From the NCBI GenBank assembly GCA_024413465.1, contig JAKSVU010000004.1:34690-98689 (forward strand): a DNA stretch of 64,000 bases, written 5' to 3'. Both the position numbers and the translations under genes were made by a program. The DNA is from Alphaproteobacteria bacterium (GTDB lineage: Bacteria; Pseudomonadota; Alphaproteobacteria; CAAGCB01; CAG-977). Shown here piece after piece: positions 17,729-26,725 of this stretch. Below the pieces are notes generated by a model, which searched no databases, was not told the DNA's origin, and was given only the letters and a program-made list of their open reading frames with translations. Position 1 is the stretch's first letter; each line of letters opens with the position of its first letter.

Positions 17729-18991
17729 ATGAATAAAATGAAAAAGCCAGAATTATTACTACCAGCTGGAACACCAGATGCTTTAAAAACAGCTTTTTTA
17801 TATGGTGCTGATGCTGTGTATGCAGGTGTCCCTTCTTTGTCATTAAGAGCTCAATCTGCTTTTGATGAAGGAACTTTATCTCAGGCAATTGAAGATGTTC
17901 ATAAGATAGGTAAAAAAATTTACCTAACATTGAATCTTTTTTCAAAAAATGATGATGTTGAAAAGTTAGATGATTTTGCAAAATTAATTTCAAGACTAAA
18001 TCCAGATGGGTTAATTATTTCTGATCCAGGTGTTTTTATGGTGATGAAGGAAAAAGTTCCACATATCCCCTTGCATGTTTCCACTCAAGCGAATGTAGGG
18101 TCTTGGCTAACTGTTAAATTTTGGCAGGATTTAGGAGCTAAAGTTTGTGTGTTAAGTAGAGAGACTTCATTTAAAGAAATTGCAGAAATAAAAGAAAAAT
18201 GTCCAGATATGAAAATTGAAATGTTTGTTCATGGGGCAATGTGTATGAGCTTTTCTGGTAGATGTTTGTTGTCTGCATTTATGACGGGGCGTAGTGCAAA
18301 TCGAGGGAAATGTGCTCATGCTTGTAGATGGGAATATAAACTCTATATGGAGGAAAAAGAACGACCAAATACATTTTTACCAATAGAAGAGGATAGTCGA
18401 GGAACATATATTATGAATTCTCGTGATTTATGTTTGATGCCTAAATTAAATGAAATATTATCAGCAGGAATTGATTTGTTAAAAATCGAGGGTCGAAATA
18501 AAACTCCATATTATGTTGCTCAAACTGCAAGGGCTTACAGAAAAGCAATTGATGATTGGTTTGAAAATCCAAATAATTGGGATTATTCAAAATATCAAAA
18601 AGAATTAGATACATTGCAAAATAGAGGATATACGTACGGATTTTTTGATGGAGTTCCAGGTCCCGAAGCTCAAAACTATGAAAGCGTGCAAAGTAATAGT
18701 AATTGGAGAAATGCAGGTGTTATCAGAAAATGGACTGAGGAAGGATGTTTATTCGAAATATATCAAAAAATAGAGAAGGGAACAAAACTTCATTTTTTGG
18801 TTCCAGATTCATTTGAGGAAAAAATCATTACATTAACAGAATTTATGGATGGTTTTTCACACAAAAATATTGATACATTATCACCAGGGAAAAAAGGACA
18901 AATGATTATTATCCCTAAAAGTTTATTCGCAAACTTTAATCTTTATAGTTTTCCTGAATTAACAGTTGCACGAATGCCTGTTTCACTATAA
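17729..18991 (+). CDS. peptidase U32 family protein (YegQ/TrhP-like)
   Basis: U32 signature region EMFVHGAMCMSFSGRCLLSAF with additional conserved Cys (CAHACRW). Confidence 0.8.
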   Translation: MNKMKKPELLLPAGTPDALKTAFLYGADAVYAGVPSLSLRAQSAFDEGTLSQAIEDVHKIGKKIYLTLNLFSKNDDVEKLDDFAKLISRLNPDGLIISDPGVFMVMKEKVPHIPLHVSTQANVGSWLTVKFWQDLGAKVCVLSRETSFKEIAEIKEKCPDMKIEMFVHGAMCMSFSGRCLLSAFMTGRSANRGKCAHACRWEYKLYMEEKERPNTFLPIEEDSRGTYIMNSRDLCLMPKLNEILSAGIDLLKIEGRNKTPYYVAQTARAYRKAIDDWFENPNNWDYSKYQKELDTLQNRGYTYGFFDGVPGPEAQNYESVQSNSNWRNAGVIRKWTEEGCLFEIYQKIEKGTKLHFLVPDSFEEKIITLTEFMDGFSHKNIDTLSPGKKGQMIIIPKSLFANFNLYSFPELTVARMPVSL

Positions 18992-19024
18992 GATGCAAAA
19001 AAAATTAGGATAGGATTTTAATCA

Positions 19025-19696
19025 ATGAAAAAGTTTTTCTTATTGTTTGTTTTTTTTCTGTCTGCTTGTGCTTTGAATCAGTCAGAAAATGGTGATTTAT
19101 CAGAAGGGTATCTAACCTTGGGTGATAAAATTCAGAATCAAATTGTTGAGTATGAAGAACAAGCAGTTTTAAAATTGCCAGATTCTTTGAAAGATATTAG
19201 TGAAAAAGATGTTTTTTTTGCTCAAGGGGAAATTGCAAATCGTGAACAAAATCAAAAGGGGGCAGGTTTCATAAAAAGTTATGAAACAGAAGATCATTCT
19301 ACGCTATTAACGGTTTTTGTTTATAATAATCTTGAATATGGTTTTTCATATGAAATATCACCTAATTTAGAGGAATTAATGAGTAAACATTTGTCAGAAA
19401 TACAAATGTATCAATCAACAGGAATTGGTGAAAACGTTAAATTAGGTAAAGTAGAAAAAACGGAAATTAAATGGAAAAAAAAGATATATAAACTGTTAGA
19501 GACTTCTGCTGTCTATGAAAAAGATGGAGATGATAAAAAAACATATGTGATGTTAGCTTCTGTTCCAGAATTATTTAGTTATGTTCGATTAAGATTTACT
19601 TACGATAATAACAAGAAAAGTCGTTCTTTTGTAGAAAGTAAAAGAAGAGTTTTGATGGCTCGTGTTTTAACAATGCTTTCGGAATTTGATAAGTAA
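19025..19696 (+). CDS. hypothetical lipoprotein (223 aa)
   Basis: Lipobox FFLSAC after a hydrophobic leader. No other motif recognised. Confidence 0.6.
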   Translation: MKKFFLLFVFFLSACALNQSENGDLSEGYLTLGDKIQNQIVEYEEQAVLKLPDSLKDISEKDVFFAQGEIANREQNQKGAGFIKSYETEDHSTLLTVFVYNNLEYGFSYEISPNLEELMSKHLSEIQMYQSTGIGENVKLGKVEKTEIKWKKKIYKLLETSAVYEKDGDDKKTYVMLASVPELFSYVRLRFTYDNNKKSRSFVESKRRVLMARVLTMLSEFDK

Positions 19697-19697
19697 T

Positions 19698-20123
19698 ATG
19701 AAAAAATTTATAATATTTTTATTTTTTTTCTTAACAGCTTGTACTTCATTTAAAGAATTTACCGTAGAACAACGAGTTGAAAATTTTTTAGATGAATTTA
19801 ATCAACAGTATCGGAAAAGAGATCTTCAAGGAATTGTTGCAAAAATAGATGAAGATTATCCGGATGCAAGTGATTTAAAACTGGCGATAGAAAATGATTT
19901 CAATGCTTTTATTTCAGTTGATTACTCAGTAAGTATAGAAAGTGTTAAGTATGATAAAATATTGAATACCTACACTATAAATGTTTTTTTTCAAAGAACA
20001 TCTAGAACCGTTCGATTTGGTACAGATAATTTCAGTGGAAAAGCAAAAATTACCTTAGTCGAACGCGATGGACAATTTTTTATAAGAAAGTTTGATGGAA
20101 TTTATGGAGCAATTTCTCCTTAA
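19698..20123 (+). CDS. hypothetical lipoprotein (~141 aa)
   Basis: ATG at 19698 gives MKKFIIFLFFFLTAC (lipobox). It follows the upstream TAA by one nt; the track start is 19686. Confidence 0.6.
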   Translation: MKKFIIFLFFFLTACTSFKEFTVEQRVENFLDEFNQQYRKRDLQGIVAKIDEDYPDASDLKLAIENDFNAFISVDYSVSIESVKYDKILNTYTINVFFQRTSRTVRFGTDNFSGKAKITLVERDGQFFIRKFDGIYGAISP

Positions 20124-20132
20124 AAAGAGGTT

Positions 20133-22652
20133 ATGAATATGACAGCCAATGATATTATCCAACTTTATTTTGACGATTATAAGAAAAAAAGACAAGAGAA
20201 TCCATTGCACATTGAAGATGGAATTTTGTCTCGTTTCGAGGAAAATCTCCCTATGAAGCCTTTAAATGAAGAACAGACAAAGGCTGTTGTTGAATTGATT
20301 TGTCAAAATGAAAAAGAAGATTTTTTTAAGCTCCTTTTAAATCAAGTGGAAGGGGGAACTTGTGGTTCTGCTAAAGTAAAAGCTAACTTCCTAAAAAAAA
20401 TAGCTTTGGGTGAAAAGGTTTTTAAAAATTTTTCAAGAATGGATGCTGTTAATCATCTAAGCTATATGAAAGGGGGATATAATATTCCTTGTTTGGTTGA
20501 TTTATTAGAGGTTGAAGACATTGCAGAAAATGTTGTTCAGAAATTATCTAATTTAGTTTTAATTCATCAAAATTTTGATCGAGTACTTGATTTATATAAA
20601 AGTGGAAATTTACATGCTAAAAATTTACTAAATTTGTGGGCTTTAGGAAGTTGGTATTCAAAGAGACCAAATTTACCAGAAGAAACAAAAGTTATTATTT
20701 TTAAGGTTCCAGATGAAATTGAAGCCTCAACAGATTTTTTATCTCATTCAAAAGGTGGGCATACAAGAACAGATATTCCTTTCCATGGAAAACATTATTT
20801 TATGAATAAAGACTTACTTGATGAATTGGATAGAATAAAAAAAGAAAATCCAAATATTCAAGTTGCTTTTGTTGCCGACAAAATTGGAACAAGTTCTTCT
20901 CGTAAATCTGGAATGAATAATGTTGAATGGAATGTTGGTATTGAAAATGAAGATACTCAGTTTTTACCTAATAAAAAGACTAGGGCTATTATTTTTGCAG
21001 GATCAGTTTTAGGACCTATCTTTGGAAAAACAGCTTCAGATATGGGAAGTATTATTCTTCGTGTAAATACCAATTTATTTAAAACGGGGGATATTGTTAA
21101 GATAAATTGGAAGTCTTGCTGTATTTTAGATAACGAAGAGAAAGTTATAGAACATTTTAACAATTTAAAATCTGTTGATTTTGAAATGATTAGAGCCGGT
21201 GGTGGTACTGTTTACAGAATGGGAAAATTGTTGACAGATAAAGCGAGAAAAGTATTAGGTGTAAAAACATCTCTTCCTTATCAGGTCGCTCAACAACTGA
21301 ATGAGACTTGTCCGATGACTGCTGGTCAAAAGGTTATTGCAAAAGCAGCCAATGTTTCTTCCGTTAAACCTGGACAGATTGTATATGCAAAAGTTGATAC
21401 AGTTGCTTCTCAAGATACAACAGGACCAATGACTGTTCAAGAAATAGAGGGGACGTTAGCAGCAACAGATTTTGCAGTTCCACTATTTTTACAATCACAA
21501 TGTCATAATGCAGCAATGGGTTTTAGAACAGATAGCGTTATAAAGAATAATTCTAAATTGGCTGGTTTTATAAAAAATATGGGGGGAATTGCCCTCGATA
21601 TGGGAGATGGAATTATTCATTCATGGTTAAATGAAATGGTGCTACCTGATACAATTGTTGTTGGAGGAGATTCCCACACAAGAGTTCCTACAGCATTAAG
21701 TTTTCCATTGGGATCTGGTGGTATAGCAGAAGCAGCAACTACAGGAGTGACTGAAATTTGTGTTCCAAAAAGTGTGTTGGTAAAAATAAAGGGAGAATTT
21801 TGTCAAGGAATTACGGTTCGAGATTTAGTAAATTATATTCCATATAAAGCTTTAAAAATTTATGGAAGGAATATTTTTGAAGGTTCTTTGATTGAATTTA
21901 GAAGAATTGGTCAGCCATTTAATATGATTGATGTTTTTAAATTAACTAATTCATCTGCAGAAAGAAGTGCAGCTGCGGCGTATTTTGAAATGGATGAAGA
22001 ATATGTTGCAAATTACGTAAAACAAAGTTCAATACCTGTTGTTCAAAGATTAATTGAAGAAGGGTATGATAATAATGGAGTTTTGATTTCAAGATTAAAG
22101 CAACTTGAAGAGTTTGTTAAAAATCCTGTAAAAATGAAGGCAGATAAAAATGCGATTTATGAAGTTGAATTAGAAATTGATTTATCAGAAATAAAAGAAC
22201 CCTTCATTGCTTGTCCACATACTCCAGATAATGTAAAATCCTTATCGAATTTGTCTGGAACTTTAGTTGATTTTGGATTTATTGGATCTTGTATGTCAGG
22301 AAAAGAAGATTTTGTAAATTTTGCAAAAATTATAGGACAAGATAAATTAAAAACTGAAGTCTGGGCAGCGACAACAACAAAAATTGTTAGAGAGAATTTA
22401 AAAAATGAATTGAAAATTCTTGAAAAAGCAGGCGTTCGTATTGAAATATCCGGGTGCTCTTTGTGTATGGGAAACCAAGAGCGAGTAAAAGGAAAGAAAA
22501 ATGTTTTAACAACATCTACGCGAAATTTTAAAGCTAGAATGGGAGATGAAGCATCTGTATTTCTTGTTTCAGCGGAGCTCGAAGCTATAAGTGTAAAATT
22601 AGGAAGATTTCCAACAGTAGAAGAATATTTTAAGGAAATATCAAATGTCTAA
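20133..22652 (+). CDS. acnB: aconitate hydratase B (AcnB type)
   Basis: AcnB-specific N-terminal HEAT-like and swivel arrangement (MKPLNEEQTKAVVELI, MKGGYNIPCLVDLL, GTSSSRKSGMNNV). Fe-S ligand regions GGDSHTR, FIGSCMSG and SGCSLCMGNQ. Confidence 0.9.
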   Translation: MNMTANDIIQLYFDDYKKKRQENPLHIEDGILSRFEENLPMKPLNEEQTKAVVELICQNEKEDFFKLLLNQVEGGTCGSAKVKANFLKKIALGEKVFKNFSRMDAVNHLSYMKGGYNIPCLVDLLEVEDIAENVVQKLSNLVLIHQNFDRVLDLYKSGNLHAKNLLNLWALGSWYSKRPNLPEETKVIIFKVPDEIEASTDFLSHSKGGHTRTDIPFHGKHYFMNKDLLDELDRIKKENPNIQVAFVADKIGTSSSRKSGMNNVEWNVGIENEDTQFLPNKKTRAIIFAGSVLGPIFGKTASDMGSIILRVNTNLFKTGDIVKINWKSCCILDNEEKVIEHFNNLKSVDFEMIRAGGGTVYRMGKLLTDKARKVLGVKTSLPYQVAQQLNETCPMTAGQKVIAKAANVSSVKPGQIVYAKVDTVASQDTTGPMTVQEIEGTLAATDFAVPLFLQSQCHNAAMGFRTDSVIKNNSKLAGFIKNMGGIALDMGDGIIHSWLNEMVLPDTIVVGGDSHTRVPTALSFPLGSGGIAEAATTGVTEICVPKSVLVKIKGEFCQGITVRDLVNYIPYKALKIYGRNIFEGSLIEFRRIGQPFNMIDVFKLTNSSAERSAAAAYFEMDEEYVANYVKQSSIPVVQRLIEEGYDNNGVLISRLKQLEEFVKNPVKMKADKNAIYEVELEIDLSEIKEPFIACPHTPDNVKSLSNLSGTLVDFGFIGSCMSGKEDFVNFAKIIGQDKLKTEVWAATTTKIVRENLKNELKILEKAGVRIEISGCSLCMGNQERVKGKKNVLTTSTRNFKARMGDEASVFLVSAELEAISVKLGRFPTVEEYFKEISNV

Positions 22653-24429
22653 ATCAATTGTTGATGTTGCATTGCCTGAAGAGGCAGCAGGAATCGCTTA
22701 TTCTTATGTAAAACAGGAATTAATTACTCCTTTTACAAATTGGATTGGAGATAATAGATTAAGAGAGCATGATTGGAGTTTGAGAGGTCGCATTGCCACA
22801 AATGGTGAAGTGATTAAGGATACTGTAGAAGTTGCAGGAAGCGATAAAAAAGCTATTTTAGTTAAGGGGCCAGGAATTACACCTACAAGAGAACAGACGC
22901 AACAGGTTTTAGATTCATTAAATGATAAAAGAAAACCTGAGGAGTTAAGTAAATTAGCAACAGGAACGCCTAATGGTTATATGCGGGGGCACTGGTTAGT
23001 TAAAGGAAATTTAGAAAGATATCAAAATCCAGGTATTTCGGATTTAATAGAAGTGGTTATTCCAGATTATTCAAACGCAGGAAAAGTCAAAACATTTTTT
23101 CTTGATGGAGGACGATACAAGGAAGGCCAATGTATTATACTTGATACAGATAGTGATGTTCGTGTTGAATTTAATCATAGAATTGTGAGAGAAACTGAAC
23201 ATTTAACAAAAGGATCTCCAGTCTATTTTAAGGTAACTCATAAGGCAGAAGTAGAAAACTTATGTGAAAGTGCAATTTCTGAAAATAAAGAAATAGTCTT
23301 TATGTCAAAGTATACAGTCCGTCCTAATTTAGATGGTGAAAAAAAGAAAATATATAATGATATTCGAGAAAAAATGGGATTAAAACGATTAGAGGGTAAT
23401 CAGGGTGATATTGTTGATGCAGCTTTTGCACGTGTGTTGGCTCATCCTAAAAAAGAAGATATTGTTGTTTTAGTTCCGGATCCTTCTTATGGACCTAAAA
23501 TTTCATCTGTAATTGAAGCTGTTTATTCGAAAGGATTGAAAAAACCAAAAGAAGAATTTTCAGTTTGTCGTTTTTCTGCAGGTAAAAGTGAGTATGGTGG
23601 TTTAAATCAAACTGTTCAGGAAGATGGATTTTATCAAGTATATGTAGGTGAAAAAGAATACAGAATTCCTGTTATTCAAGGGGATATGTTTGAGGAAATG
23701 CATTACGATTACAAAGATGCGGAAAAATACGTAGATCAAGTTTTTACTCAGTCTGAACAAAAAAATTATAATCAGATGATTTTTGCTTTTGATGAAAAAG
23801 ATTCGTATGATTTACCAGTAATTCATGCAGTTCGAGAAAAAGCCTACCATATGAAAAAAGTTGAAGGAATAGATTTTTCAATCAGAACTCCTGCAGATGC
23901 TGCAGTTTGTATGTTTACTCATCCTGAAAAAGGAAAAGTTTGTTATGCTTATGATAATTTGTGGGGAGATATTGTTTCAGATGCAATGGATCTTGGAGCA
24001 AGTATAGCTTCGATTAATTCAGTTATTTTGTTATCTGATGGAAGAATTTGGCCTGAAATGGGAGGAGCTGGAACGGCTCCAGATTTAGTCGAAAAATTTC
24101 ATAAGGATGGATATTTGAAATATAATCCGGTTCCTATTATCGAAGGGCTTGCTATAGGTTTTGCTAGTGCATCTAAAATAGAAAATGATGAAGATGAAAA
24201 ATTAAAAAAATATGCTGATGTTCTACATCAAGCATATATTGATGTTTTGAAACAAGGTTTTTCTACACCTGATTTGGTTGATAAATTAAAGGTAAAAAAT
24301 AAAACAGGAGTAGATACGTTATCATATTTAAAAGCTGTCAGAATTCGGATGCATGAACTTTTATCTGAAGATGAACAAGCTAAGGGATTAAAAGAAAAAT
24401 TTAAGAATGAAATGAGAGAAATAAGATGA
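22645..24429 (+). CDS. divergent, short (594 aa) isocitrate-dehydrogenase-like protein, closest in pattern to monomeric-type IDH
   Basis: C-terminal YDNLWGDIVSD (about 23950-23982) and EMGGAGTAPDLVEKFHKDGYLKYNP (about 24055 onward) match the metal/substrate and nucleotide-loop patterns of the IDH/IPMDH superfamily and resemble monomeric IDH. Start overlaps the acnB stop by 8 nt and the stop overlaps the gltA start by 4 nt. Confidence 0.6.
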   Translation: MSKSIVDVALPEEAAGIAYSYVKQELITPFTNWIGDNRLREHDWSLRGRIATNGEVIKDTVEVAGSDKKAILVKGPGITPTREQTQQVLDSLNDKRKPEELSKLATGTPNGYMRGHWLVKGNLERYQNPGISDLIEVVIPDYSNAGKVKTFFLDGGRYKEGQCIILDTDSDVRVEFNHRIVRETEHLTKGSPVYFKVTHKAEVENLCESAISENKEIVFMSKYTVRPNLDGEKKKIYNDIREKMGLKRLEGNQGDIVDAAFARVLAHPKKEDIVVLVPDPSYGPKISSVIEAVYSKGLKKPKEEFSVCRFSAGKSEYGGLNQTVQEDGFYQVYVGEKEYRIPVIQGDMFEEMHYDYKDAEKYVDQVFTQSEQKNYNQMIFAFDEKDSYDLPVIHAVREKAYHMKKVEGIDFSIRTPADAAVCMFTHPEKGKVCYAYDNLWGDIVSDAMDLGASIASINSVILLSDGRIWPEMGGAGTAPDLVEKFHKDGYLKYNPVPIIEGLAIGFASASKIENDEDEKLKKYADVLHQAYIDVLKQGFSTPDLVDKLKVKNKTGVDTLSYLKAVRIRMHELLSEDEQAKGLKEKFKNEMREIR

Positions 24430-25712
24430 CAGAACAGGTAAAGTTAGAATATCAAGGAAAAATTTTTGAATTTCCTGTTATGAGGGCCTCAACTGGAGAG
24501 GAATGTATAGATATTCGTGAGTTGCGTGCTAAAACAGGATTGACGACTTTAGATCCTGGTTTTGGGAATACGGCATCTTGTGAAAGTGGAATCACTTATG
24601 TAAATGGCGAAAAAGGTATTTTACGCTACAGAGGATTGCCAATAGAAATTGTAGCTGAAAATATGACGTTTGTTGAAACAGCTTGGATGTTGATTTATGG
24701 GCGGCAACCAACATTATCAGAAATGAAACAATTTTCTCAAAGATTGACAAACAATGAGTTACTTCATGAAGGGTTGTTGCACCATTTTGATGCATTTCCT
24801 GCAAATGGTCAACCGATGTCCATATTGTCGGCAGTAGTTAATTCTTTGATTTGTTATTCTCCTGAAATTATGGATACAACCAATGAAGAAGCTTTAAGAA
24901 ATGCGATAGCTGCGATTATTTCAAAAGTAAGAACTATTGCAGCTTTTTCATATAGAAAAGCTGTTGGTTTACCATATGTTTACCCAGATCCACAACGCAG
25001 TTATTGTGATAATTTTTTGCATATGATGTTTTCTTTACCAAATAAACCGCATCAACCAACTGAAGAAGCAATAAAAGCTTTAAATTTGTTTTTGTTATTA
25101 CATGCAGATCACGAACAAAATTGTTCGACATCAACAGTTCGAATTGTAGGTTCTGCTGAAACAAATTTATTTTCAAGTGTTGCAAGTGGCATTTGTGCTT
25201 TATGGGGAAGATTACATGGGGGTGCAAACGTAGCTGTTTTTGAAATGTTACAAAGTTTAGTACAAGAAAAAGAAACGGTTCCACAGTTTATTGAAAGGGT
25301 AAAAAAGAAAGAAGTTCGTCTTATGGGATTTGGACATCGTGTTTATAAGACATTTGATCCTAGAGCTAAGGTATTGAAGAAAGCAGTTTTAAATTTGTTA
25401 GATGCTGAACACGTTAGCGATCCTTTAATCGAAAAAGCCCAGGAATTAGAGCAATATGCTTTGGCTGATGACTATTTCAAGGAAAGAAATTTATATCCGA
25501 ATGTCGATTTTTATTCAGGAATTATACTTAGAGCTTTGAAAATACCTTTGAATATGTATACAGTTATGTTTGCTATTGGAAGAATGCCAGGTTGGATTGC
25601 TCATTGGTTGGAAGGTAATCAAGGAATTCGTCGTTTAGCTCGTCCAAGACAATTATATATTGGAAAAACTGAAACAAAGTTTGTCCCACTTGATTTACGT
25701 ATGCCAGAATAA
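24426..25712 (+). CDS. gltA: citrate synthase
   Basis: Signature GFGHRVYKTFDPRA plus LLLHADHEQNCSTST. 428 aa. Confidence 0.9.
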   Translation: MTEQVKLEYQGKIFEFPVMRASTGEECIDIRELRAKTGLTTLDPGFGNTASCESGITYVNGEKGILRYRGLPIEIVAENMTFVETAWMLIYGRQPTLSEMKQFSQRLTNNELLHEGLLHHFDAFPANGQPMSILSAVVNSLICYSPEIMDTTNEEALRNAIAAIISKVRTIAAFSYRKAVGLPYVYPDPQRSYCDNFLHMMFSLPNKPHQPTEEAIKALNLFLLLHADHEQNCSTSTVRIVGSAETNLFSSVASGICALWGRLHGGANVAVFEMLQSLVQEKETVPQFIERVKKKEVRLMGFGHRVYKTFDPRAKVLKKAVLNLLDAEHVSDPLIEKAQELEQYALADDYFKERNLYPNVDFYSGIILRALKIPLNMYTVMFAIGRMPGWIAHWLEGNQGIRRLARPRQLYIGKTETKFVPLDLRMPE

Positions 25713-25723
25713 GGTAAAAAAAA

Positions 25724-26710
25724 ATGTATGAAGATTTAACTGCAAAGAAAAATGAAATAGATAAATATCGTCCATTTCCAGATGATTTGAAAGAAAAAAT
25801 AAAACGGATTGTTTTGCTTGAAACAATTAGTTCTGGTAATTGTTTTGAGGGCGGTAGTTTAACCCCTAAAGAAATAGAAAGTATCTTATTTAAGGATGAA
25901 GTGGTTCCAGAGCATACTCTAACAGAACATATTCAAGCGATTAATATTGCAAAAGCTGTGGAGTTTGTTTATGAATTAGCACAGAAAAAAAATCGGCCTT
26001 CAGATGAAAATGATGTTAAAAATATCCACAGAGTTTTGGTCCAAGGGTTAGATGATAGAAATGCAGGAATGTATAGAGGCAAGAGAATAAAATTTCCTTT
26101 TTCTGATAAGGACTTGCCGGATAATATCCGTATACATAAATTGATGGATGATTTTGGCATGTGGTTATATACAGCAAGAACGTTGCATCCAGTTTCAATG
26201 GCTGCAGAAGCGCATCTTAAATTTCAAATGATTCAACCTTTTGCAGAATCAAATGGTGACGTTGCTAGAATGATTTTGAATTTAGTTTTAATGAAATATG
26301 ATTATCCTCCTGTTTTATTTTCACGAAGAGAAGTAAAGGAGTATTGGTCAAATCTTCAAAAGGCTATATTCGATCAAAATAGAGAAGATTATGATAAAAT
26401 GATTCATCGTGTTGTAAATAGAACAATGGATTATTACCTGAAGATATTAACAACAAAAAGCATAGATATTATTTCATCAGATCCATATTTTTTGAAAATA
26501 GGTCAGTTGGCTAAAGAATGTGGAGAACGTGTTTCAACAATTAGATATTGGACCAATATGGGATTAATTGAACCTGTTAAAAAAACATCTTCAGATTATA
26601 TGATTTTTTCATCAGATATTTTGAAAAAAATAGAAAAAATTAAAAATTTGAAAAAACAAAGACTTACTTTAGATGAAATTAAACAACAATTAAAGATGGA
26701 ACATTTATAA
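25724..26710 (+). CDS. Fic-domain protein with degenerate active-site motif fused to a C-terminal MerR-type HTH
   Basis: The Fic motif position reads QPFAESNGDVAR (26234-26269), versus the canonical HxFx(D/E)(A/G)N(G/K)RxxR. C-terminal IGQLAKECGERVSTIRYWTNMGLI is a MerR-like HTH followed by a coiled-coil-like tail. Confidence 0.7.
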   Translation: MYEDLTAKKNEIDKYRPFPDDLKEKIKRIVLLETISSGNCFEGGSLTPKEIESILFKDEVVPEHTLTEHIQAINIAKAVEFVYELAQKKNRPSDENDVKNIHRVLVQGLDDRNAGMYRGKRIKFPFSDKDLPDNIRIHKLMDDFGMWLYTARTLHPVSMAAEAHLKFQMIQPFAESNGDVARMILNLVLMKYDYPPVLFSRREVKEYWSNLQKAIFDQNREDYDKMIHRVVNRTMDYYLKILTTKSIDIISSDPYFLKIGQLAKECGERVSTIRYWTNMGLIEPVKKTSSDYMIFSSDILKKIEKIKNLKKQRLTLDEIKQQLKMEHL

Positions 26711-26725
26711 AAAGGTATTGTTCTT

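Noticed and set aside
25724-26710. Fic protein considered as a toxin of a Fic/antitoxin (or Doc/Phd) module.
   Set aside because: The catalytic His and key Arg of the Fic motif are replaced (QPFAESNGDVAR). There is no small upstream antitoxin ORF. The C-terminal MerR HTH points to a regulator.
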